Of a DNA stretch of 64,000 bases, positions 12,691 through 25,207 are shown piece after piece. The DNA lies in NCBI RefSeq assembly GCF_009914755.1, contig NC_060938.1. One strand, 5' to 3'. The notes beneath the pieces are model-generated. The model had not been told where the DNA came from. It saw only the letters and a program-made list of their open reading frames with translations, and searched no databases. The stretch is from the human T2T-CHM13v2.0 reference genome, Homo sapiens. A program made the translations under genes and the position numbers. The stretch's first letter is position 1; every line of letters begins with the position of its first letter.

Positions 12691-15535
12691 TAGCTATCTG
12701 TATTTCTCCACCCACTTAGAGCTCTGCCCAAACTGGTACTATATTTTATTTATTCGTTTATGCCCAGCTGTAAATGCAGCCCATGAAACACGGTAATTAT
12801 TTAATAACTCGAGTGATTGAATGAATGGTGGTTGAATGATTGAGTAGATAAGTTCCTTTTTTAAAGCCTAAGTCTTTTCACAGCAAATTTGAGGAGAGTC
12901 ACAAAGTATAAAAACTCAAATTAATACCATTTATTATCCAGTTCTCTTATAGATCCTATAACAAACTTTCCGCCTAGAGGTTAGTGGCTTTTTACCTTAG
13001 ACACTAGGTTAACAGGCAATTACTTCTTTATTGTGAAGAATGTGAAGGTTATCATAACAAATGATAGAAAAATTCAACTAAAAGAATACATCCTGTGAAA
13101 TACAACCGTCCGAGGGGAGAAGCTATCCAACACTGCACCTTATTCTTCCGCAAAACATATGAGTAACATACGTCTAATCACGTATAATTAACATTTATAA
13201 AGCCCATACAAACTTACCTGAAATTTTTCCAGGTAAAAAGTAGGGTGAATCAGCTAGTGTACATGTTGATCATTTATAATAGAGTGGCATTTTATGTTTG
13301 CCTGCTTTGCAACCCTGTACAGACAAATTTCCAGAAGCTTAATGTCATGTCATGTCCAGCTTCTTGAAAAAAGCACTATGATCCTTTCAAAAGGCCTATG
13401 ATTATGATTCCAATGAATAAATATTATTTCAAACATAAAAATGTGGGGCATAAAATCTGAAGGCTTACATTCTATTAGTTCAGGATGAACATAAAATGAT
13501 TTAATCCAGGAGCATATATGTTAGTTTATGATACCAAAATTTAAGTAACATGTCCTTCCCTTACCCAGTGTTATTTCTAGGTGGCAACCTGTACAGTGCA
13601 TTTAAGAAATCTACTACGTTGATATTCTATGGATTATTGAAGGCAGTAAGGGTTTTTCTGAATGTACCTGATAGAAAAGAAATTCTTTTAAAATTTCTAA
13701 ACTTGAATTTGGGCCTTCTCAGATATTTCCCCAGAAGTTAACGACAATCATTGAAGACTCCTTGTAGATGAGTATAAAATATTTTGTAGGAAATTGAGGA
13801 TTTTATTGGACAGATTTTTAGAAAGCTAATATCATGACTTTGGTAAAAAAATAAAATAAACAAAAGATTTTATTAACTCACTAATTAATGAGAGAAACAG
13901 TAAGATGGTACAGCTGTTTTGGAGGGGGATGTAAAAAACACACAAACAGACAATCAGGAATGATGACAATGAATTTATGACTAGATGTGCAATTAGTCAA
14001 CATCTATAAGGCAATAATCAACTACAATCCATCAGACAGAACTTATTTGCATTTCTATGGACTGGAATTATTTGCATTATTATGAGATCTCTACAACTCA
14101 GAGTTATAAATAACTCAAGGACAATGAGAGATGAAGATCTGCCATAAAAGTAAGCTTGACAGAATAGGGCATTCAGCTGGTTTTTTTGCTCATTTTAAAA
14201 TCTTTTACAACATGGCCTTATACTTGAACAACAGATTTTGGAAAAGTTGAAACTTGATTAGCAGTTTGTTGGTAGTTGAGTCTTTGTGGGATATGGGATG
14301 TCAGACTGTGTTAAGGTCCTAGAGAAGGGAGTGAGGCTACTTTGCATGAATCAAAGGTAGGAGTTTTCTGTGGTTTCTGAACTAGAGTGCGTGGGGTAGG
14401 AAGAAGAGGAACAGGTAAGTGGGGAAGTTTGTCAGGCTCAGTACGAACCGTTCACCAACTCATCTGAAGTGTCAGCTTCAATAAAGCAACTAAAATGGCA
14501 AAACCTTGGTGTGACTGGATATTTAGTGAAATCTGTTAGAAAGAACAGTTCACCGGTGTGTTGGGTGTTAGTATTGGACAGGGAGAGCATGTGAGAGCTC
14601 AGGAATAGAAGAGCAGAGGGACTTGGAGAGTTCTCATGAAGGTTGGGAAGAAGCTTAGTGCTTATTAAGGTCATTGTGGAATCCAAGCAGTGAGGCAATC
14701 CTGTTGCTCTCCAAAGGATCAGAGAGGTGTCAGCCCACTTTGGGATTATATATAATATACTGAAGGCAATATCTATCACAAAAGTTATTTTGAGTAATAA
14801 AATATGTATGTCACTTACAGTTTTGAAGATTTAACTTGGAAATTAATTTGTGTACTTCATGTAGACAGTTGGTTTTGTGCATATCAGGCCCACAATGAAT
14901 GTTAATATCCTCCCTGACATACCCAATTTCTGCCTTAATACTATTGCTGTAATTATTTCAGAGACCTTCAAATGCCTTTCTTTCTCCTCTTTCCTTATCT
15001 AATAAATTTCAACCAAATCCTGCCAGTCCCATGGAGTTTACTCTGAGTATTCTTGTGGACATTAATCTCCTTTCTCTGAAGATTTATAACACTTAGAACC
15101 ATACCCTGAAATCTCAATTGTTCTCTTCTCAGTTTGATCATAAGCTCGTAAAAGGCCTAGAACATAATACATATTATATCTATGTTTCTTCTTGAGTACA
15201 AAAATTCTTCATTTAAGGGGTGTAAGTTCTTATTAATGAATTCTGAAGAAAATGAGAGGTATGCAAAAACAATTAGAAGTGTTCTTTTATGACCTCTAGG
15301 AATTTATATTAAGAATGACACAATCAAATCTTCTCCATAAATCGGAGTGAGGATCAGGTTAGATAACATTCCAAAATCATTTGCTGACAAATGTTGATAT
15401 ATTGGGCATTGCCATATTCATTATCTCAGTTAATTCTGTTTATTTTCCTTGAAGTAAAAATTTTAAGAAGTGAAAATGGATGCAGAAGTTAAAATGATCA
15501 TTAAATGGCAGTTATTGAGTACCAATGTAAGAAAT

Positions 15536-15890
15536 TGTATTAATCTGTTCTCATGCTGCTAACAAAGATATACCAAAGACTGGGTAATTCATAAAGAAAA
15601 GAGGTTTAATGGATTCATGGTTCCACATGGCTGGGGGATGCCTTACAATCATGGTGGAAGGAAAAGGAAGAAAAAGGCACATCTTACATGGCAGCAGGCA
15701 AGAGAGCTTATGAGGGGAACTCCCATTTATAAAACCATCAGATCTCATGAGACTTATTCACTACCACAAGAACAATGTAAAGGAAACTGCCTCCATAATT
15801 CAATTATCTCCACCTTGCCCCATCCTTGACATGTGGGGATTATTACAATTCAAGGTGAGATTTGGGTAGGGACACAGCCAAACCATATTA
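15536..15890 (-). mobile_element. THE1C-type MaLR solo LTR
   Basis: TGTATTAATCTGTTCTCATGCTGCT...GGGACACAGCCAAACCATATTA; 5-bp TSD GAAAT/GAAGT. Confidence 0.9.
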
Positions 15891-16554
15891 GAAGTAGTAA
15901 TCAACACCTCTGATTTCTGATAATAGGTTGCTTGTATCACATAGCTCCCAGTCATGTTTGGGTTACACTTAAATAATTCAGCAGAGATCTCAGGCCATAG
16001 TAGAATGTGTCTAGAATCAGCCCTCCTGGTAAACATCTTTTTATTTTTCTCTTCTCCTCTCATTTTATTCAATATGCTTCTTTCTTTTTTCCCGTAACCA
16101 CAAGGTAATGTAGATGAAAACAGAGGTGGATTCTAATTATAAACTATATATTCAACCATAAACAAATCAATTAACTTATGATACTCCTATATGAATAGTC
16201 TAAGTATCCTTAGTTGGAATATTACTTTAGTGATAAAACATTAATCACTGAAGTTGATTAATAATCAATAGATACTATAGAAAGCTAGTGTATTTTTTTC
16301 ATTTTCCCAATTTCACTTTTTTTTCTGCTGCTGTTTATATCTTGGATCTTCCAATGCCACTGAAATGAGCTACTTAACTCTCTGTTGACACTCAGGTCTT
16401 AAATAGTTTAGATGGCGATCTAAATTAGTCTTTGGATTGTCTCAATCCCTAGAAAGTGTGGAATATCTTCTCCAGTTGTTTCCTTTCACAAGATGTATTA
16501 TTTTAGTTGACTTTTCCCATCAATTCTTATGATAACCTTCTCATTCTTCAAATA

Positions 16555-18000
16555 AGGAGATAAAAGAACTGTATCAACCATTCAAAAACAAAGACAAACC
16601 CTTATACCTTCTGCGTAATGTATTAAAGAGAAATAACTTTACACAGAGAGCTATAGCCAAGTCCCCCGAAACCAGACAGGCTACCCAAGAATAGCTAAAA
16701 GAGCACACTCACCTGTGTGGCAAAATAGTGAGAAGATTCATGAGTAGCGGTGACAAGGCTACCGAGAGCCTGGTGATAGCTGGTTGTCCAAGATGGAATC
16801 TTAATTCAAATTTAAACTTACCCACAGAATTACTAAATCTTCCTGTAAGTTTAACTGTTAGTCTAAAGAGGGACAACTCTTTAGACCCTAGGAAACAACC
16901 TTCCTACGGAGAGTAAAAAATGTTACCACCATAGTTGGCCCCAAAACAGCCACCAATTAATAAAGCATTTAAGCTCAACATCTAACTGTCTTAGACTCTA
17001 ATCACTCTATTGAACTCCTAACATCACATTGGACTAATCTATTATTTAATAGAAGCAATAATGTTAATATAAGTAACATGAAGCTGTTCTCCATTGCATA
17101 AGCTTACATCAGACTGGAATAACACGCTGACAGTTAACAGCCTAATATTAAACGATATAATAAGCACCCTATTATTTACAATGTTAACCAAACACAGGTA
17201 TGCCCTAAGGAAAGATTACAAAAAGTAAAAATCTTACCTTGCCTGTTTACCAAATCTCATCCTGCCTGTTTACCAAAAACATCACCTCTAGCATTACCAG
17301 TATTAGAGGCACTGCCTGCCCAGTGACATATGTTCAACGGTGGTGGTATCCTGACCGTGCAAGGTAGCATAATCACTTGTTCCCTAAATAGGGACTTGTA
17401 TGAATAGCCACACAAGGGTTGAGCTGTCTCTTACTTTTAATCAGTGAAATTGACCTATCCATGAAGAGGCGGATATAAACAAATAAGATGAGAAGATCCT
17501 ATGGAGCTTTAATTCATTAATGCAAATAAAAACTCATACAAGCCTACACGCCCTAGCCTCCTAGCCCTGCATTAAAAATTTTGGTTGGGGTGAACTTGGA
17601 GCATAATTCAACCTCCGAACAACCTAAACTAAGACCTCACTAGTCTAAGCGAGTTAATACACGTTGACTCAATAATTTGATCAATAGAATAAGTTACCCT
17701 AGGGATAACAACACAATCCTATTCTAGGTCCATATCGACAATAAGGTTTACAACCTCAATGTTGGATCAGGACGTCCTAATGGTGTAGCCGCTAATAAGG
17801 GTTCGTTTGTTCAATGATCAAAGTCCTACATGATCTGAGTTCAGACCGGAGTAATCCAGGTCAGTTTCTATCTATTTAATGTTTCTCCTAGTAAGAAAGG
17901 ACAAGAGAAATAGGGCCCACTTCATAAAGTGCCCTCACTCCATAGATGATGCTATCTCAATCTAACAAATTATCACATACCTTATTCAATAACAGGGTTT
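16555..18000 (+). pseudogene. MT-RNR2: mitochondrial 16S rRNA pseudogene (5'-truncated)
   Basis: CCCCCGAAACCAGAC, GCCTGGTGATAGCTGGTTGTCCAAGAT, GCCTGTTTACCAAAAACATCACCTCTAGC, TGTTGGATCAGGAC, GATCTGAGTTCAGACCGGAGTAATCCAGGTC; ends AACAGGGTTT. Confidence 0.96.
17404..17478 (+). pseudogene. humanin-like (MTRNR2L-type) short frame with ATG replaced by ATA: (I/M)ATQGLSCLLLLISEIDLSMKRRI*
   Basis: 24 codons plus TAA, collinear with humanin [24 protein letters not shown]. Confidence 0.8.
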
Positions 18001-18075
18001 GTTAAGATGACAGAGCCTGGCAATTGCGTAAAACTTAAAACTTTATAATCAGAGGTTCAACTTCTGCTCTTAACA
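18001..18075 (+). pseudogene. MT-TL1: mt-tRNA-Leu(UUR) pseudogene
   Basis: GTTAAGATGACAGAGCCTGGCAATTGCGTAAAACTTAAAACTTTATAATCAGAGGTTCAACTTCTGCTCTTAACA; anticodon TAA. Confidence 0.93.
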
Positions 18076-18077
18076 AT

Positions 18078-18853
18078 ATGCCCATACTTATTGTAAAAAT
18101 ACCTCTATACAGACTTCTCCTATGACTCCCCAAAGCCTACGTAGAAGCCCTTATTGCCAGCTCAATAGTACTTGCAGCAGTACTCCTAAAGCTAGGTGGC
18201 TATGATATAATATGGCTTACTCTTATCGTCAACCCCCTAACAGAACATATAGCCTACCCTTTCCTCCTATTGTCCCTATGAGGAATAGTTGACAAGCTCT
18301 ATTTTTCTACAACAAACCCATCTAAAATCACTTACTGCCTACTCCTCCATAAGCCACATAGCACTTGTGACTACAGCTAACCTTATTCAGACCCCTTGAA
18401 GCTTTACAGATGCAGACACCCTTATAATTGCTCATGGACTCACTTCATCCTTACTATTCTGCATAGAAAATTCAAACTACGAGTGAGTCCATAGCTGAAC
18501 CATGTTACTTACCTGAGGCCTTCAAACACTGCTTCCGCTAATAGCTTCTTGATGACTTCCAGCAAATCTCACTAACCTTGCCTTACTCCCTACCATTAAT
18601 CTAGTAGAACTCTTTGTGATTATGGCCTCATTCTTCTGATCAAATATTACCATTATGCTTACAGGACTTAGTATACTGATTACAGCCCTTGACTCCCTGT
18701 ATATGCTAATCATGACACAACAAGGGACACTTGCATATTACATTTACAGTATTAAACCTTCCTTTACACAAGAAAATACATTAATATTTATACATCTTGC
18801 ACCTATCTTCCTATTATCTGCAAACCCTGAAATTATTATGAGGTTTGCATGCT
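18078..18853 (+). pseudogene. MT-ND4: ND4 pseudogene (3' half), preceded by the first 3 codons of ND1
   Basis: Mito-code reading [34 protein letters not shown]; ATTGCTCATGGACTCACTTCATCC (IAHGLTSS); frameshifts present. Confidence 0.93.
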
Positions 18854-18921
18854 GTAGCTATAGTTTAACAAAATATTAGATTTTGGATCTAATAATAGAA
18901 GCCTGCAACTTCTTATCTGCC
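18854..18921 (+). pseudogene. MT-TH: mt-tRNA-His pseudogene
   Basis: GTAGCTATAGTTTAACAAAATATTAGATTTTGGATCTAATAATAGAAG...; position after ND4; anticodon mutated. Confidence 0.85.
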
Positions 18922-18980
18922 AAGAAAGTATGTAAGAACTGCTAACTCATGCCCCCATGCCTAACAACATGGTTCTCTCA
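18922..18980 (+). pseudogene. MT-TS2: mt-tRNA-Ser(AGY) pseudogene
   Basis: AAGAAAGTATGTAAGAACTGCTAACTCATGCCCCCATGCCTAACAACATGG. Confidence 0.9.
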
Positions 18981-19045
18981 ACTTTTAAAGGATTAGAGTT
19001 ATCCATTGGTCTTAGGAACCAAAAACATTGGTGCTCCAAATAAAA
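18981..19045 (+). pseudogene. MT-TL2: mt-tRNA-Leu(CUN) pseudogene, 3' end lost
   Basis: ACTTTTAAAGGATTAGAGTTATCCATTGGTCTTAGGAACCAAAAACATTGGTGCTCCAAATAAAA. Confidence 0.9.
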
Positions 19046-20762
19046 TGTTCATACCCAAATTATGTAAAAACATCTATCACATGCACCTTCATCATTAGCC
19101 TCATCCCTACAACCATGTTTATATGCACAGACCAAGAAGTCATTATCTCAAACTGACATTGAGTAACAACACAAACTCTCAAACTCTCACTAAGCTTCAA
19201 ACCAGACTACTTCTCCACAATATTTATCCCAGTAGCACTATTTGTTACCTGATCTATTGTAGAATTCTTAATATGGTATATACATTCAGACCCCGACATT
19301 ATCCAATTTTTCAAATACTTATTTATTTTCCCCATCACAATATTAGTTCTGGTTACTGCCAACAACCCCTTTTAACTCTTTATCTGATGAGAAGGCATAG
19401 GAATCATGTCTTTCTTACTAATAATCTGATGGTACCGCCAAGCAGTTGCTAATACAGCAGCCCTCCAACAGTTCTGTACAACTGCATCAGTGATACTGGC
19501 TTTATTTTAGCTATTGCATGATTCTTCCTGTCCTCTAATACATGAGGATTTCAACAAATATTTATTCTAGACCCTACTCCCAACTCCCTTCCATTAATTA
19601 GCCTTCTATTAGCAGTAGTGGGAAAGTCAGCTCAATTCGGCCTCCATCCCTGACTTCCATGCGCCATAGAAGGTCAAACCCCAACCTCAGCCCTACTCCA
19701 CTCCAGCACTATAGTTGTAGCAGGAGTATTCCTGCTCATCCGCTTCCACCCTTTAATAGAAAATAACCTATCAATGCAAACCTTTACATTGTGTCTGGGA
19801 GCTATACTACTTTATTCACAGCGATCTGTGCTCTAACACAAAATGATCTCAAAAAAATTGTAGCATTCTCCGCCTCAAGCCAGCTGGGCCTTATAATAGT
19901 CACAATTGGCATTAATCAGCCACACCTAGCATTCCTTCACATCTGTATTCATGCCTTTTTTAAAGCTATGTTATTTATATGTTCAGAGTCCATCATCCAT
20001 AGCCTCAATGATGAACAACATCTGAAAAATAGGAGGGCTATTCAAGATTTTAACCCTCACTTCCTCCTTCCGTATTATTGGCAGCCTTGCACTTACAGGT
20101 ATGCCTTTCCTTACAGGCTTGTACTCTAAACATCTTATCGAAACCGCAAACACGTCATACACTAATGCCTGAGCCCTTTCTATTACTCCTATCGCCACCT
20201 CCTTGACAGCTGTCTACATTACTATATTATCTTCTTGGCTCTAATAAGACAACCTCGCTTCATGACTCTGATTATTGTTAACAAAAATAATCCTCTCCTA
20301 ATTAACTCAATTAAGGGCCTAACAATTGGCAGCATCTTCGCCGGATTCCTTATCACCAACAGTATTATTCCTGTTTTATCACCCCAAATAACAATACCAC
20401 TCCACCTGAAGCTCACAGCCCTAGGTGTGACCTCCTTAGGCTTCTTGCCAGCAATAGAAATTGATCTCATAACTAATAACCTTAAACTAAAATATCCATT
20501 ACAGACATTCAACTTCTCCAATATACTAGGATTTTATTCAACCACAATTCACCGTACAACCTTCCACTCAAGCCTATTCACAAGCCAAAACCTGGCCTCA
20601 CTTCTAACAGAGCTAATTTGACTAGAAAAGTCTATACCAAAGACCGTTTCACAAACCCAAATTTCACCCTCTATTACTGTATCTACTCAGAAAGGTCTAA
20701 TTATACTCTAATTTCTTTCTTTTTTTATCCCATGTCTTCTAACCCTACTCTTAATTATCTAA
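19046..20762 (+). pseudogene. MT-ND5: ND5 pseudogene, lacking ~29 N-terminal codons
   Basis: ORF 19791-20129 gives [57 protein letters not shown]; ORF 20235-20621 is the ND5 C-terminal part; GGAAAGTCAGCTCAATTCGGCCTCCATCCCTGA ([11 protein letters not shown]); TAA at 20760-20762. Confidence 0.95.
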
Positions 20763-21589
<827 letters not shown>

Positions 21590-21658
21590 TATTCCCACAT
21601 GGACTATAACCATGACTAATGACACGAAAAATCATCATTGTATTTCAACTATAAGAAC
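21590..21658 (-). pseudogene. MT-TE: mt-tRNA-Glu pseudogene
   Basis: TATTCCCACATGGACTATAACCATGACTAATGACACGAAAAATCATCATTGTATTTCAACTATAAGAAC, between ND6 and CYTB. Confidence 0.9.
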
Positions 21659-21662
21659 CATA

Positions 21663-22330
21663 ATGGCCAATACTCGCAAAACACACCCCCTAATAAAAAT
21701 TATTAATTACTCGTTCATTGATCTTCCCACACCATCGAATATTTCTATATGATGAAACTTCAGCTCACTTCTTGGTGCCTGCCTAATCCTCCAGATCATT
21801 ACAGGATTATTTTTGGCCACACACTACACATCAGATACCTCCACTGCCTTCTCTTCAGTCACTCATATCAGCCAAGATGTAAACTACAGCTGAATGGTTC
21901 GCTATTTTCATGCTAATGGCACTTCAATATTTTTCATCTGCCTCTTCTTACATGTTGGCCGAGGTTTATACTATGAATGATTTACATTTTCCAGAAACCT
22001 GAAATATTGGCATTATCTACCTGCTCACAACTATAGCAAAAGCATTCACAGGATACATGCTCCCATGAGGCCAGATATCATTCTGAGGCGCTACAATAAT
22101 TACAAATCTACTATCAGCCATCCCATATATTGGAACTGACCTTGTCCAGTGAATCTGAGGTGGATTCTCAGTTGACAAAGCCACCCTTAAAGGATTTTTT
22201 GCCTTCCATTTCATCTTATCCTTCATAATTACAGCTCTAGCATCTGTTCACCCTTTATTCTTACAGGAAACAGGATCTAACAACCCTTCAGGGGTTTCAT
22301 CAGATGCTGACAAAATTACCTTCCACCCCA
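21663..22330 (+). pseudogene. MT-CYB: cytochrome b pseudogene (5' ~220 codons)
   Basis: [40 protein letters not shown]..., [36 protein letters not shown]; ends at DKITFHP. Confidence 0.95.
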
Positions 22331-23143
22331 AGTTATATGTTAACTTGATGTCTAAGTTAAAAAGCTGCTGACTTCTAGACAGAGCCTTAATAAATATATA
22401 GGGAGGCTGAAAATTAATATTCTATCACTTTGATGTTTAATAGTTTGTAAACATTTAGATATTTACTTTGAAAGGGCAGAAAGATTCAAAACACTGAACA
22501 AAGGTCATTAAAATACAAATATTTGCATTTTCTTTTCAAAGCAGAAACTGTTTTACTAATACAGAAGCATCTTGACTGTAATGAGTAGTTGTTTTGATTT
22601 ATCAATCAAACCATATAATCGGTTACACTACAATTCAAAACAAATTAGGGTGAAAGACATATATGGTTTGAAGGAAGTGAAATCTTAATTTTTATTTCGG
22701 GCCCTGCCAACTATAAGCTGTATGATTTTGAGAAAGTTAACTTAGGCTTTTTGGGACTTAGTTTTTTTTTTTTTATCTGTAAAATTTAAGTAACACAGTT
22801 CAATATTTGATTTTCAGCTCTAAATTCCCAGGATGCAAGAGGGAAGGTTTTCTATGCCCTCAGCTGTGACTAGTTTGACGTATAAATAAATAGCCAGGGC
22901 TTTGAAGTATCAGTCTCAGTTATTTCGCCCTTTCTAGGGGTGAGTGCTCCTTTTTCTTCAAATGTCTCTTGGGGCTCCCCATTTATCTTCTCTCCACATT
23001 GTATGCTTGTCACATTTTTTTTTTCTTTTTATTCTAATTACCATTTTTCCCCTCAGAGTACTATCTTAGCTCACCTATGCATAACTGTTTGAGCTGACAC
23101 TTTCCTGTTATTATCTAAAGTAGATTTAAAGAGAAAAGTTATA

Positions 23144-23511
<368 letters not shown>

Positions 23512-23599
23512 CTATAAAAAATAATCTTCTGCTTTATATTATTGACACCTAGCTATACATATGTACTCAAAAATCTTTGAACTCTTAAGGCAGTGGCAG

Positions 23600-24160
23600 A
23601 GTAAATTCATTTTCTTTGATGCATAACAAATTAACAAAGATTTGGTAGCATAAAACAACACATACTTATTTTCTCAGTCTCAGTGGGTCAGAAATCAAGG
23701 CATAGCTTAGCAAGATCCCCTGCAATGCTGCAATCAAGGTGTCTGCCAAGACTGGATTCTCATCTGAGGCTTTCCTAGGTCACATGGGAACACTCTGCTT
23801 CCAAGTTCATTCATGTGGTTGTTGGCAGAATTCTGTTCCTTGCAGGTGTGTGGACTGAGAGCTTCGGTTTTTTACTAGTTTCGGGCCAGAAGCCACCCTC
23901 AGCCCCTTGCCATGTGGCTTTATTAATAGGGCAGCTCCCAACATGGCAGCTTTCTTCTTTAAAATCAGCAAAAAAGAGAGCTTCCTAGTATGATGACAGG
24001 TGTTACAATCTTTATGTAACATAATCACTTTTATCTTATCATAAATATCCACTCACATTTGCCATATCTATTGATAAGAAGCAAGTCACACATTCTGTCT
24101 ACACTCAAGGGGAGAAGATGACACAAGAATGCTAGGAGGCTAGGATTTGACCATCACAAT
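23600..24160 (-). mobile_element. MLT1 (E/F-like) MaLR LTR
   Basis: TGCATAACAAATT...TAAAACAACACA...GTGGGTCAGAAATC...GCTGCAATCAAGGTGTC...CACTCAAGGGGAG. Confidence 0.75.
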
Positions 24161-24779
24161 GAGTAAAGGGGGGACTTCTGAACAATGAGAAATTATTCAC
24201 AATATTTATCTTTTTTATTGATCCATGAAGGCCAGGTTTTTGATAATCTTGTAAACTATATGAAATAGCATGACCAGTATTAAAGAGAGAATGTCACATC
24301 ATTGAAGATCTTAGTAGTAAGGTAACATAGTCATGCATTTTAGGAAGATCATTGATTACTCTCTGGAAACAGAAATTTAAGTGGAACAAGAATGGCAATA
24401 AAAAAAATCAATTAGGCTGCCCATCAATCCATGTGAAAGGCAATGTCACATCAGATTAGGAAGTGGTTATATAACTGACAAGCAATGGATAAATTTGAAA
24501 TGCTGTTCTGAAAATATAATTGACGGGGCTTAGTGAAGAAAAGAGAATTTTGAAAATGACCTCTCTGGTGTGGATGTTGATGATACTTGTTTGCTGAGAC
24601 TGAAATCACTGAAAGAGAAGCAGACTGCGTGAAAAGTAGGTTACTTCAGATTGGGGTAAGACTTTAACCTATAGAAAATAACTGAAGGCTTATAACCCTA
24701 AAATAAGAAATGGTTGAGCATGTTCTCAGAGCAACACTAGCATTTAGATAAGATAAAGAAACCAAGTCAGAAGAGGGAC

Positions 24780-25207
24780 TGTCAGTTAGGGATGCGGTAG
24801 CAAATAACTTAGGTGGTTTATAAACAATAGAATTTTATTTCTCATTAACAGATACATATGTACTCATAGGATTTTATTTTGAACTCTTAAGCAAGTGGTA
24901 CAGTGTATTTGTTTTATTGATGCATAACAAATTACCAAATATTTGGTAACATAAAACAAGTTCTGGAGGCTGGAAATGTGCCATCAGGGCACCAGCATGG
25001 TCGAGTTATGGTGAGGACCCTTTTCCAAGTGCAGACTTTTCCCCTCTCATTCTAGGGTCTTTTATACTGCACTAACCCCATTCCTGAGGGTTCTACCATT
25101 ATAACCTAGTTACCTCTCAAAAGCTTCATCTCCTAATACCATCACATTGGGGGTTAATATTCAACCTATGAATTTTCCAAAGACACAAATATTCATACCA
25201 TATAGCA
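24780..25207 (-). mobile_element. MLT1A/B-type MaLR LTR carrying a ~108-bp insertion
   Basis: GGTGGTTTATAAACAATAGAATTTTATTTCTCA...GTTCTGGAGGCTGGAA...TAATACCATCACATTGGGGGTTA. Confidence 0.75.

Noticed and set aside
19123-20621. ORFs of 99-128 aa with ND5 similarity as functional CDS
   Set aside because: Fragments of a frameshifted NUMT that happen to be open in the nuclear code; no promoter or splice context seen
22329-22347. 7-bp hairpin CAAGTTA-N5-TAACTTG at the NUMT 3' junction
   Set aside because: Too short to distinguish from chance in AT-rich DNA
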